Positions 42,969 through 52,921 of a stretch of DNA of 64,000 bases are shown one piece after another. The notes beneath the pieces were generated by a model, which had not been told where the DNA came from, searched no databases, and saw only the letters and a program-made list of their open reading frames with translations. Source of the stretch: Promethearchaeia archaeon (GTDB lineage Archaea > Asgardarchaeota > Lokiarchaeia > Sigyniarchaeales > SOKP01); contig JAHQWK010000002.1 of NCBI GenBank assembly GCA_029856145.1, positions 96,001 to 160,000 of the forward strand, given 5' to 3'. Each line of letters begins with the position of its first letter. Position 1 is the first letter of the stretch. The position numbers were made by a program, and so were the translations under genes.

Positions 42969-43391
42969 CTAATCATCTATATATTTTGAAAGAAATTCTT
43001 CTAATGAATTCTTGACATCTCGAGTGATATGATGCTCTATTTCACAAGATAGCTTCTCAATAGTATCTTTATCTTCTATTTTCAAAACTTTTGAGAAAAA
43101 TTGGTAAAGAAGGGTGTGAATTTCATTTAATTGTCTGGCAATTTTTTTACCTTCTTCAGTTAACCTTATGGCTTTTCTAGGTTCCCACTTAATTAATCCT
43201 TTCTTCTTTAATTTTTCCAACATACCCGTTACAGAAGCAGGTTCTACATGAAGACTTTCTGCTATCTCTCTATTAGATACCCATCCACCTTTTTTAGATC
43301 GTGAGATTAAGTGGATTTCGTCTATGTATCTTTGATAACTTTCGGGAATATCAGATATTTTTGAATTTAATTTTAAACTTTTTTTCGCCAT
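42969..43391 (-). CDS. DtxR/MntR-family metal-dependent regulator
   Basis: IAESLHVEPASVTGML.KL, LTEEG, CEIEHHI. Confidence 0.92.
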   Translation of the reverse strand: MAKKSLKLNSKISDIPESYQRYIDEIHLISRSKKGGWVSNREIAESLHVEPASVTGMLEKLKKKGLIKWEPRKAIRLTEEGKKIARQLNEIHTLLYQFFSKVLKIEDKDTIEKLSCEIEHHITRDVKNSLEEFLSKYIDD

Positions 43392-43569
43392 CTCTAAGTT
43401 ATAAAATTGAGTATTTTCAACATAGATTTATTTTTATTTCAAAATTGTTAATACTAATTATTCTTTTTAATTTTTCTTTTTTTTTCTTTTTTCTTTCTAA
43501 TAAAGATTTTATATTTTAGTTGTCCTTTTTATGATTATAATTCATTTAATTTTTCAATATATTGAGTAA

Positions 43570-44154
43570 ATGGTAAAAAAATTCCCTGGTATATTATTTT
43601 TAGTAGTTGGAAATTCTGGTTCTGGCAAAGATTCAATAATTTCAGGATTAGTTAAAAAATTTCCTTCTAATTTGAAAAATATTTATGTTCCAAAAAGATT
43701 TATAACAAGATCACCATCTAAATTTGAAGAAAACATTTCAATATCAACTCAAGAATTCATAAAAATGGATAAGAAAGAAAAATTTGCATTAAAATGGCAT
43801 GTTTATGAATTAGATTATGGAATTTCTAAAGAAATTGAGGATTATCTCAAAAATGGACACCCGGTTATAATTAATGTTAGCCGTACAATTGTAAAGCAAG
43901 CGAGAGAAATATATGCAAATATCAAGGTAATTTTTATCGAAGTCCCTTTCAAAATCACTTATCAAAGGATAAAAGATCGAAAAAGAGAAAGTGAAGATTT
44001 GTTAAAACAAAGAATCGAACGGGCAAGAAAAAACCAAAATTTTCCAGAAGCAGATTTTATTATAGATAACTCTGGAGATTTGGATAATGCGATTAATCTA
44101 TTTCTAAATTATCTGTTAAATGTTATAAATAAGAAAGAAAAAGAGAAAAATTAG
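43570..44154 (+). CDS. phnN: Ribose 1,5-bisphosphate phosphokinase (PhnN-like)
   Basis: VVGNSGSGKDS, RFITR, FALKW....YGI, INVSR, IDNSGDL. Confidence 0.85.
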   Translation: MVKKFPGILFLVVGNSGSGKDSIISGLVKKFPSNLKNIYVPKRFITRSPSKFEENISISTQEFIKMDKKEKFALKWHVYELDYGISKEIEDYLKNGHPVIINVSRTIVKQAREIYANIKVIFIEVPFKITYQRIKDRKRESEDLLKQRIERARKNQNFPEADFIIDNSGDLDNAINLFLNYLLNVINKKEKEKN

Positions 44155-44212
44155 ATAAAATTTTTTTAGAAACTAATATTAGATTTTATTATTATATCAT
44201 AAAACCATTTAT

Positions 44213-44345
44213 GGCTCGGTTTGTATAGTGGTTAGTATTGGGGACTGTGAATCCCTAGAAGTGTAAGAATATTCTTACTACTGGGGAAAGACGGGTTCAA
44301 ACGGAAAGAATACTCTTCTTTTCGGAATAATTCCCGTACCGAGCC
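44213..44345 (+). tRNA. tRNA-His(GUG) with encoded G-1 and two introns (44259-44288 at 45/46; 44301-44330 at 58/59)
   Basis: Acceptor GCTCGGT/ACCGAGC with G-1:C73; anticodon arm GGGGA-CTGTGAA-TCCCT; T-stem ACGGG/CCCGT; removing both BHB-bounded inserts gives a 73-nt cloverleaf. Confidence 0.92.
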
Positions 44346-44382
44346 CTCCTCATTTTTTTAATAAATTAGGCAGTGCAAAAAC

Positions 44383-44838
44383 TTGGCAGATAAAGAACCA
44401 GACAAACTTAGAGACCTTCCAGGATGGGAGAAAGTAGCGCCAATACCCTTATGTATGGGAGGAGACTATCGTGCGTTAACGTTTTGTTGTAAGCCGGGTT
44501 ACTCATTGGCATTTGCCTTTAAATGCAGAAGAGATGAAATATTAAGCGAACTAGGCCTCAGTCCAGAGGAATTTATCAAAATTAAGGAGGAATTTTCAAA
44601 AGAAAACAATTGGGATTCTGAATTAGTTTGTTTTGGATCTCTCTCTTATTGCTGTATGAGACGAAATGGTTGTTCAAGAAGAGATCTTGCGTTAATAGAA
44701 AGATATCCTAGTATAACTTCAGAGGATATAATGAGAACTTATTTTAAGAAAAAAAAGGAATTATCAAAGAGAATTTTAGAAAATGTTAAGAATATTGAAG
44801 GAAAAAAGAAGATTAAACCATTATTAGATTTTTTTTGA
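44383..44838 (+). CDS. Cys-rich protein of the methanogenesis marker 9 domain type
   Basis: W..AP..LC.GGD.RALTFCC...CFGSLSYCC.....C.RRD. Confidence 0.8.
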   Translation: MADKEPDKLRDLPGWEKVAPIPLCMGGDYRALTFCCKPGYSLAFAFKCRRDEILSELGLSPEEFIKIKEEFSKENNWDSELVCFGSLSYCCMRRNGCSRRDLALIERYPSITSEDIMRTYFKKKKELSKRILENVKNIEGKKKIKPLLDFF

Positions 44839-44895
44839 AAATTAATTATCTTTAGGATCATTTTTTTAACCATCATCTAAAGCAAAATAGAAAAA

Positions 44896-45861
44896 ATGAT
44901 TGTCTCTATCACTCATGAGTTAGACCTTGACGGGTTAGGTTCACAAGCAATAGTTAAAAGATATTTCACTAATTTCAATAAAATTAATTCACATGAAATT
45001 CTATGCTATTATGCTCATTATACGAATTTCATAGAGATCACAAGAAATGTTTTAAGTAAAATCCCCTCTGAAGGACAGCTTATTATTTCTGACATTGGAT
45101 TTAATGATGATTTTAGACAATTATTTCCTCTTTTTGAGAAATGTAAGAAAAAAAAATGTAAAATATTCTGGTTTGATCACCATATAGTAGATAAGGAAAT
45201 TAAAAGAGAGCTCAAAGAAATTTTAGAAGTGTATATAAATGACCCCAATAGATGCGCTGCTGAAATTATCAAAGATTATTATTTACCAAATGATTCTATT
45301 GCCATAAAAATAGCATCATTTTCAAGGGATATTGATTTTCAAATTAAGAAATATATCAATGCAACAAAAATTCAGTCCATCATCGCATTCAACAGAGGAA
45401 ATGAGTTAAATAAGAATAAAGAAAAAGTAGTTAATTTATTGGCAGATGGGACTTTTGAAAATGAATGGTATGACGAACAGTTAATAAAGATTAAGGAATG
45501 GGAAGAAGAACAAACTAAATTTGCTCTTACTCATATAAAAATAATAGAAATCGAAGAATTTGGTAAAATTTCAGTTTCTTATGCAAATCTCGGTGGAGGA
45601 AAAATAGTTTCAATATTAAAAGATCACTTTCCTGAGATAAAATTATATATTGGGATTGACTTCCGATATAATGAAATAATTATACATAGTGATTATGTTG
45701 ATTGTGGAGAATTTGCTAGAAATTTTAAAGGTGGGGGTCATAGAAATAGAGCTGGCTTTGAAATTGATAAAATTTTTACTGAAAATAATGAATTCAGCGT
45801 TGCTTTTTTACGAAATATAATAGAAAATATTCTTAAATTTAAAATTAAAAAAGCTCAATGA
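44896..45861 (+). CDS. DHH/DHHA1-family phosphoesterase
   Basis: THELDLDG, ISD, FDHH, GGGH..RAG. Confidence 0.9.
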   Translation: MIVSITHELDLDGLGSQAIVKRYFTNFNKINSHEILCYYAHYTNFIEITRNVLSKIPSEGQLIISDIGFNDDFRQLFPLFEKCKKKKCKIFWFDHHIVDKEIKRELKEILEVYINDPNRCAAEIIKDYYLPNDSIAIKIASFSRDIDFQIKKYINATKIQSIIAFNRGNELNKNKEKVVNLLADGTFENEWYDEQLIKIKEWEEEQTKFALTHIKIIEIEEFGKISVSYANLGGGKIVSILKDHFPEIKLYIGIDFRYNEIIIHSDYVDCGEFARNFKGGGHRNRAGFEIDKIFTENNEFSVAFLRNIIENILKFKIKKAQ

Positions 45862-45937
45862 AGAAATTTTGAATATTCCTTTGTTTTAGATGATAATAGG
45901 AAATTTTATAAATCACTATTTTTTTCACTTACTTAAG

Positions 45938-46096
45938 ATGCTTCTTGAACAGGTTCTGCCTCATCCTCATCGGGATGATATATATATCAATGAGATAATA
46001 ACTCCTCACGATAAGGTTACACATAGTGACAAACAAATGGTAAATCGCCTTCTTTTAAAGGAATTCGCAAGGAGAGGGGTAGAAATATCTGCTTAG
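45938..46096 (+). CDS. Possible small protein (52 aa)
   Basis: GC-richer, protein-like ORF followed by a T-tract; no family recognised. Confidence 0.4.
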   Translation: MLLEQVLPHPHRDDIYINEIITPHDKVTHSDKQMVNRLLLKEFARRGVEISA

Positions 46097-46148
46097 AGTT
46101 ATTTTTTCTTTTTACATTTAGAAAATTAAAAAAAAAAGATTAAGAATT

Positions 46149-47165
46149 TTATTTATTGATTTTTGTGCATATTAATGGAACTATATAGCCTAATATAAAT
46201 GTAGCAAAAGCATATCTAGCAAATCGATAATAAACACTATCAATTGTTAAAATATATTCAAATGGCACGTAGACGACTAGCAAAACAACCATACCTATTA
46301 CAATATTAATTATTTTCTTTTTGTTTGATAATTGTGAGGGATCATATTTAACATATTTTTGCTCCAATAGATATCCTACACCAAAACCTAATAATGCCCC
46401 TCCTACTTGAGCATAAGCACCATCATCAGCATAAAGGACAGGTGGTACAACTAATCCTAAACCAGCATTAGGAAATAATATAGTTCCAATAAAAAATAAT
46501 ATAATAGCGACTGCGGCTGTTAAAATTATCTTTGCAATAAAATTTAATTTGTTGAACTGCTCAGAGAGAAATGGTTCTGTGTATATAAATAATAATAAGA
46601 CTCCAATACCAATTAAGGATCCTCCAATTATATCTTGAAGATCGTGTACTCCAATGATTATTCTTGAAATTGCAATAAGGAATATTATAACTGAGAAAAT
46701 GATTGGAATAATTGGTAAATTATTATATTTATATTTATCCTTAAAATCCTTAGCTGAATATCCCCAAAAAGCAGTTGAGTTTTGCGTGTGCCCGGAAGGA
46801 AATCCGTAAGATGGTTCAGCAAAACCATACTCATCACCAACATTTGTTGCTACTGGTCGAGGATCTTGAAATATTGATTTGCACAATTGATTAAGATATT
46901 GAGAGAATAACAAAATTACAGCTAAATTTTTAGCATATTTCTTATTGTAGGCTAAATACAATATTGCTACGATAATTATAAAAACAATGGGTTCGCCAAG
47001 ATAAGTTATTGCTTTGAATATAGCTTGAACAGTAGAGCTCGAACTATAGAAGGCTTCGTTAAGTCCACTGTAATAAAAAATTAATCCAACGACTAAGATA
47101 GCTAAAGAAGTAATTCCAATAATTAATAAAGCTCTTTTTGATAAATATTCTGTTTTTTCAGACAT
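46149..47165 (-). CDS. PAP2-family membrane phosphatase
   Basis: K......RP, FPSGH, SR...GVH...D. Confidence 0.93.
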   Translation of the reverse strand: MSEKTEYLSKRALLIIGITSLAILVVGLIFYYSGLNEAFYSSSSTVQAIFKAITYLGEPIVFIIIVAILYLAYNKKYAKNLAVILLFSQYLNQLCKSIFQDPRPVATNVGDEYGFAEPSYGFPSGHTQNSTAFWGYSAKDFKDKYKYNNLPIIPIIFSVIIFLIAISRIIIGVHDLQDIIGGSLIGIGVLLLFIYTEPFLSEQFNKLNFIAKIILTAAVAIILFFIGTILFPNAGLGLVVPPVLYADDGAYAQVGGALLGFGVGYLLEQKYVKYDPSQLSNKKKIINIVIGMVVLLVVYVPFEYILTIDSVYYRFARYAFATFILGYIVPLICTKINK

Positions 47166-47302
47166 TTTTTTAAACCAATTTAAACTGATTAAAATCTTAA
47201 TATGTTAAAGAAATTAATAAAGATTTGTATAAAATCGAATTTATCTGCTTTTAAAAATAGAACTAAATTCTTTAATGAAAAACCATATTAAATGAGGAAA
47301 AT

Positions 47303-47968
47303 TCAATCAATCTTAATATCTGTTTGTTTTTCATCAAGTTTTTTAAGTTTAACTTCCAAAATACCATTAGTATACCTTGCTCGTGCATAATCTGAATTGA
47401 TTGCTGAAGGTAACTTAACTTCTTTATAATAGCTCCAACCTTTAACCTTAGATTTCGAGGATATTGTTAAGGAATCTCTGGAAGCTTTTAATTCAATCTC
47501 CTCTTTCGTAACACCAGGCATTTCGCAAATAACTATAATTTGATCACCTTGTTCATTTACTTCTGTCAAAGGTTGTCTAACTTTTTTAACATCTGGTTCT
47601 CCAGAATATGGTTTTGCTTTAAGATTACCGAAAGAATCGATAATTGGTTTACCGTCAGGGCCAATATTAATATTAAATCCATACATTATTGGAAAACCAA
47701 ATTTACCCTTATTTTTAGTAAATTCTTTCATAATATCTTCTGGTGAGAGATTCTGTAACTCAGGGGGCAAATTATCCATAATTTTTTCAAAAATATCTTT
47801 AAAAAGGTGTCGAAAATCTTTAGATCTAAATAATTTAGTTGGATCTATTGAAAATTTATTGGGATCACTGAAAAACTTGTTCGGGTCTTCAAAGAATTTA
47901 GAAAAATCAAAAGGTTCCCTTTTTTCCTCATCCTCATCTTCATCGTTATCTCTATTTTTTTTAGGCAA
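47303..47968 (-). CDS. Archaeal small heat-shock protein (Hsp20)
   Basis: YGF.INIGPDGKP....FGN, EMPGV.KE.I, ARYTNGILEV. Confidence 0.95.
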   Translation of the reverse strand: MPKKNRDNDEDEDEEKREPFDFSKFFEDPNKFFSDPNKFSIDPTKLFRSKDFRHLFKDIFEKIMDNLPPELQNLSPEDIMKEFTKNKGKFGFPIMYGFNINIGPDGKPIIDSFGNLKAKPYSGEPDVKKVRQPLTEVNEQGDQIIVICEMPGVTKEEIELKASRDSLTISSKSKVKGWSYYKEVKLPSAINSDYARARYTNGILEVKLKKLDEKQTDIKID

Positions 47969-48162
47969 GTTTATTCCTCTCTACTATAAATACGAATTAT
48001 TAATTATCAATTAAATTTAATAAGCAAAATTTTTAATTAAATATTATAATAGCTAAAAACTAATTAGCTTATAATCTAGAAAAATTGTTTGGATTAATAA
48101 ATTTATTCTACTTATAAACTAAGTTAGAGTTAATTAAATTAAAAATATTGATTTGAGGTCTT

Positions 48163-49989
48163 ATGTATAGTGAGCTGAGTGACGATGACAAGAATATGTA
48201 TCTCGATGTCTTGAGTCAAGCACCAATAATGCCATTTTCAAATTTTGTCTCAAGAGGAGATATCGTAGATCCCATCGATATATCACGTCCTCGTGCTTTC
48301 ATAGATCGAGAAGTGTATAGACTCGTGCAACAAACTTCTAGAGATAGATCTAGTAGATTAATTCCAATTTTGGGTTCAGCTGGGACTGGAAAAACACATG
48401 CTTATCATTCGTTCAAAGATAAAGAACGTGAAAATAGGAGAAGATTAGAAGGTGCTGAAGAATTAGAAGAAGTAGACGCTAGTAAATTTGCTACATCTTC
48501 TGATTGGACTATAGTATATGTTCCAAGTCCTCCCGCAAGTATTCGTGTTTTACTCCATGTATATACATGTATAATTGAAGAACTTGGAGCAGAACTAATT
48601 GATATCGTATCTGAAAAACTAGTTAAAAAATGGGGGGGAACCAAAAAGGGGATTTTCCAAAAACCTAAATTAGATGAAGTGATTCAATTAGGGATCAGAG
48701 AATTCCCCGGTGTATTTGCTGATTGTGTTAAAGCTTTAGTAACTTATCAGTTAGACAAAAACAAAAAACCACTTGCAGAAAGATGGCTTCTTGGAGAAAG
48801 TTTAGAAGATGAGGAATTAAGCGACTTAGGGATTAATTCAGTCCTCGAAGATGATGACATCTGCCTTAGTATGATTAAGATAATTACAGAGAATTTAGAC
48901 AGAGTGCTTATCCTTTATTTTGACGAGTTAGAGAGCCCATATAGGATGTTAGGCGAAACTGCAGAAATAAAACTCCTTGAGATTCTAAAGAGATTATATA
49001 ATGAAGTTAAAGGATTAGTTATAACAATAGCAGTATTGAAAGAAATATGGCCAAGAATTATCGAAATTGCTGATGCCCCATTGAGATCACGAATGGAACC
49101 TGAGCAAGAATTGAAACCATTTAGCTTAAATGATTTAAAAATCTTTTTCTCAAAATCAATGGAAGCATTCTGGGAAGATAATAACTTAAATCCTCCTTTA
49201 TATCCATTATTCCCCTTAAATGAAAAATTAATCGAAATGATATATGAGAAAACAAAAGGGAACCCAAGAAATTCTATTAAACTTTGCAGAAGATTTATCG
49301 ATAAAATAGTTATGGAAGAAATGACAGTCGATCAATTGTTGCAAGTTGGCGCAGAGATTGTTGCAACAGCAAAACCCAAAGCAAAAATTGAAGAAGAAGA
49401 AGTGATTGATTTTTCCAAACCAAGAGAAGTAATTAAAAAAACAATTGAGGAAATTTTAGCTGAGGAAGAATATTCAATAGATGTGAATCCACAATCTGTT
49501 GCCGGAGCTGCTTTAAAATGCATAAATATGGTAGGAGAAGAAAAAGGAAGGAAATTTAAAACGGAAATGGAGTTTAAATTCAAACTTGGAAAAAGAGTAC
49601 AAACTCTAGCAGCTTTAATTCAAGCTGAAGGCAATAAATGGGGTTTAGAGATACCATCTATAAAAACTTTCGATAGAAGTGCTGGAGTAGCAGGATATTA
49701 TGCTGCTAAAAGATTAAAAGATGCAATTGATGAGAAAGCAATTGATAAAGCTTTGTTAATTGTGCCTACTGGCAGTCGTGGGGCAAAATTTGAAAGTATT
49801 TTACAAAATAACCCAGACATCCACAAGGTTGAGTTAAATAATGAAATTGGAGAGAAACTAATTGCGAATGCGCTGAAATATCCTACATTAGAAGGTTGGC
49901 AAATTGCAAAAATAATTTTTCCTGATATTGGAGAATATCAACCTCCTCTAGTTGAAGAGACTCCATCTGATGAAGAAAATACTGAATAA
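48163..49989 (+). CDS. AAA+/P-loop ATPase with C-terminal restriction-endonuclease-like fold
   Basis: GSAGTGKT, LYFDELE, LRSR, GNPR; C-terminal alpha/beta domain call is tentative. Confidence 0.75.
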   Translation: MYSELSDDDKNMYLDVLSQAPIMPFSNFVSRGDIVDPIDISRPRAFIDREVYRLVQQTSRDRSSRLIPILGSAGTGKTHAYHSFKDKERENRRRLEGAEELEEVDASKFATSSDWTIVYVPSPPASIRVLLHVYTCIIEELGAELIDIVSEKLVKKWGGTKKGIFQKPKLDEVIQLGIREFPGVFADCVKALVTYQLDKNKKPLAERWLLGESLEDEELSDLGINSVLEDDDICLSMIKIITENLDRVLILYFDELESPYRMLGETAEIKLLEILKRLYNEVKGLVITIAVLKEIWPRIIEIADAPLRSRMEPEQELKPFSLNDLKIFFSKSMEAFWEDNNLNPPLYPLFPLNEKLIEMIYEKTKGNPRNSIKLCRRFIDKIVMEEMTVDQLLQVGAEIVATAKPKAKIEEEEVIDFSKPREVIKKTIEEILAEEEYSIDVNPQSVAGAALKCINMVGEEKGRKFKTEMEFKFKLGKRVQTLAALIQAEGNKWGLEIPSIKTFDRSAGVAGYYAAKRLKDAIDEKAIDKALLIVPTGSRGAKFESILQNNPDIHKVELNNEIGEKLIANALKYPTLEGWQIAKIIFPDIGEYQPPLVEETPSDEENTE

Positions 49990-49999
49990 ATTTGATTTT

Positions 50000-50923
50000 T
50001 TAAATTTTTTTTAAAAGCTCTCTAATTTTTTCATCTATTCCATTTAATTCATTTGCTAATCTAGAAGCCCTTTGCGTGTTGTTTTTTAATTTTATCAAGA
50101 TATCGACTAACTCATGGTCTTCAAATGTGAGTGAAATTTCAATTAATCTATCTATTGGCTCAGCAAAATTATTATATAAAGGTAATTGATTTACTTCTAA
50201 ATTAGTTATTATTTTATCAACTTCCTTGTAAAGATTTTCACGTTCCTTTATTAAATCAGGGAAAAAACCTACTTGTTCCCCTTTATTTTCTAAAAATGAA
50301 GCGATCTCTTCTTCTTGTACGAATTCAGCTAATTCAGCGGCTTTTAGAAAACTTTTCTTTGCTTTTCTATAGAATTCTTGATTTAGTAAATCATCAGCAA
50401 GTTTTACTTCAGCTGCGAGCTTTTCAGGAATTTCTTCTCCAAGATCTATCAATTCGCGTGCTTCTGAAAGTTTTCCATCATCAAGCATTTTCTTTGTTCT
50501 ATCATTGATGGTTTCTTTAATAATTTTCGGCTCTTGTAATTTCTCCATTAAGCTTAAAATTGAATTTATTGCATTATTTAGAATTTGTGTCATCTTACTT
50601 TTATCACTAGTATAATTTTGAACAACTTTTTCCTCAACGTTATTAAAAATACTTTTTAATGAGACCAGATCTTCTCCTTCTTGCAAGATAAAGCTCAGAT
50701 AAAGATTTTCTTTTTCTAATGATTCAGCATTGATTTTCTTCGAAAAATATCGATTATTTCCTTCACGGATTGTTATATCTACCAATTCTTTTTTATCATG
50801 TTTTTCTGAAAATTCTTTTAAGATTGTTGGTGATATTTTATCATCTTGTTTTAAATAATATTCTGCGATAATATTGGGACCAAATGAAGGGTCGATTTCG
50901 TATAAAATTATTGCTCTTGGCAT
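50000..50923 (-). CDS. Longin/uDENN-like N-terminal domain plus helical region
   Basis: IILYEIDPSFGPNII beta-hairpin signature; TPR-like C-terminus. Confidence 0.6.
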   Translation of the reverse strand: MPRAIILYEIDPSFGPNIIAEYYLKQDDKISPTILKEFSEKHDKKELVDITIREGNNRYFSKKINAESLEKENLYLSFILQEGEDLVSLKSIFNNVEEKVVQNYTSDKSKMTQILNNAINSILSLMEKLQEPKIIKETINDRTKKMLDDGKLSEARELIDLGEEIPEKLAAEVKLADDLLNQEFYRKAKKSFLKAAELAEFVQEEEIASFLENKGEQVGFFPDLIKERENLYKEVDKIITNLEVNQLPLYNNFAEPIDRLIEISLTFEDHELVDILIKLKNNTQRASRLANELNGIDEKIRELLKKI

Positions 50924-51040
50924 TTTATCAAATCTTTGATAATATTATTTTAGTGATTTAATATATTTTTTAGACTTAATAAGTAAATAGGATAATATTA
51001 GGTATTTATCTTTTAAGTAAAAATATAGATGGGATAAATT

Positions 51041-51958
51041 GTGGCTATTATAGATGATACGTATTGTGAAGCTTTTGAGGGACTTTGTTGCCAATTAATG
51101 GTAACAGCTCAAGATCAAGAGTTTTTGTATAGGGCAGCTACCTCTTTTACTTCATTACCTTCAACAGTTTTTGGAGATGCTGAAGGTGGTATCGTTAGAT
51201 GGCTTTCCGAGAAAGAGACAATTGATGGAAGATTGGGTGCAATTGTCCAATTATGGGTAACTGGGACAGGAAAGAAAGCTACAGCTAAATTTTATGAACA
51301 ATTAGGTAAGCGAATCAGACAAGGTATTTTAATAGTTCCAACTACTGCGGTCTTCAATTATTATCCAAGTAAAACTGATATGCAATTTAACATGATGAAT
51401 AATGTGGGTCATTGTGGTGATGGTTGTGAGGAAATTATTAATAAATTTGGAAGAAATATGATTTCTGTTCCAATTATGATGGGATATGACTTTTTAATCG
51501 AAGAAGAACTCTCTTATGCTAAAGGCGTAATGGGAGGAAATATTTGGTTATTTTGTGATTCTGTGTATTCAGGAATAAAAGTAGGACGGGAAGCTGTTAA
51601 AATCATAGCTGAAATTGATAATGTGTGTACTACATTTGATGTATGTTCAGCTGGTTCTAAATTAGAAACAAATTTCCCTGAAATTGGGCCAACAACAAAT
51701 CATCTGTACTGTCCTACATTAAAAGAGAGGTTACCTTCAGGAGAATGTAAAGTTCCTAAAGGTGTAAATTCAATTCCAGAAATTGTTTTTAATGCTTTAG
51801 CTATTGATACTATTGAGAAGACAATGTCAAATGTTATTGAAGGGCTCATAAACATGGAAGGGCTTATTAAAATTTCTGCTGGTAATTATGGGGGAAAATT
51901 AGGAACATATAAAATATATTTAAGAGAATTAAGATTGAAAGAAAGCTATTTTTCTTGA
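51041..51958 (+). CDS. ftr: Formylmethanofuran--tetrahydromethanopterin N-formyltransferase
   Basis: IDDTYCEAF, ET.DGR.G, PTTAVFN, GV.GGN, GSK, TTNH.YCPTL, ISAGNYGGKLG. Confidence 0.93.
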   Translation: MAIIDDTYCEAFEGLCCQLMVTAQDQEFLYRAATSFTSLPSTVFGDAEGGIVRWLSEKETIDGRLGAIVQLWVTGTGKKATAKFYEQLGKRIRQGILIVPTTAVFNYYPSKTDMQFNMMNNVGHCGDGCEEIINKFGRNMISVPIMMGYDFLIEEELSYAKGVMGGNIWLFCDSVYSGIKVGREAVKIIAEIDNVCTTFDVCSAGSKLETNFPEIGPTTNHLYCPTLKERLPSGECKVPKGVNSIPEIVFNALAIDTIEKTMSNVIEGLINMEGLIKISAGNYGGKLGTYKIYLRELRLKESYFS

Positions 51959-51985
51959 ACTTTTTTATCAATTTTTTAGTTTGTT

Positions 51986-52666
51986 TTATTTATCCAGAGA
52001 TAAGGGTTCTTTTTTTATTGGTTTTAAAGGAAGATCTGACAAATTATTATACCACTTCGGATATTTTTCTGAAAATATTTGATCAATCTTCTTAAGGGGC
52101 ACATCTGCATAAGTCCCCCAGTCTCCTATATATTCTACAAAGATATTCCCTTCTGTATCATATGGTGCAAATAAAGCATCATTTTCTCCATCGAACTCGA
52201 CCATAGGAAAAAATCCACCCTTAATACAAGTCTTTTTATCAAAAATGGGTGCAGCTTTTATCCATTTATCGTTTAAGTATAACTCACTATATGCATGGCA
52301 ATGAAAGGCGTTTGTACCCATTAGATCAGCAAGTCTTTTAGATATTTTATGATTAATAATGTCAACCATGTGAATACGGGCAGGAATCCCTATAGCTCGT
52401 GCAAAAGTTGATAATAATGTAGCTTTAGACATACAAAAGCCATATTTTCTTCGCATTGTAACTGAAGCTTTAAGATTTGCTTTAACTTTTGGATAATATG
52501 AAAATGCATTATACTTTATCTTATCTCTAACCCAATAAAATAACGCTATTGCTTTTTCCTTATCATTTTTTAACCTTTCAGTAATTTCAACAGCTTTATT
52601 TTTCACTTGTTTTCTATGGAAATTAAGGAATTCAGTCGGTTGTAGATATATATTCAAATCCTCCAT
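51986..52666 (-). CDS. Transglutaminase-like protein
   Basis: YLQPTEF, GFCMSKA, GIPAR, HAYSELYLNDKW. Confidence 0.9.
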   Translation of the reverse strand: MEDLNIYLQPTEFLNFHRKQVKNKAVEITERLKNDKEKAIALFYWVRDKIKYNAFSYYPKVKANLKASVTMRRKYGFCMSKATLLSTFARAIGIPARIHMVDIINHKISKRLADLMGTNAFHCHAYSELYLNDKWIKAAPIFDKKTCIKGGFFPMVEFDGENDALFAPYDTEGNIFVEYIGDWGTYADVPLKKIDQIFSEKYPKWYNNLSDLPLKPIKKEPLSLDK

Positions 52667-52921
52667 GATAATGAAAAAAATTAATCCTTTTAGAATTTTA
52701 CTCTATAAATTTATAATAGTAGATCTATTGGTTTAAGACGGAGTAATGTTGAAATTAAAAAAACACCTCAACTATGAGGATTTATTTCTTTAGTATGTTT
52801 TATAACAATAATAGGATGACTTAATGTAAGCATTATTTTAAAATAGATTTATATCAATAAATTTTTATAATTCTATTATTACTTTAAAGTCGTGATTATA
52901 ACAATAAACTTGTGAAATTTA

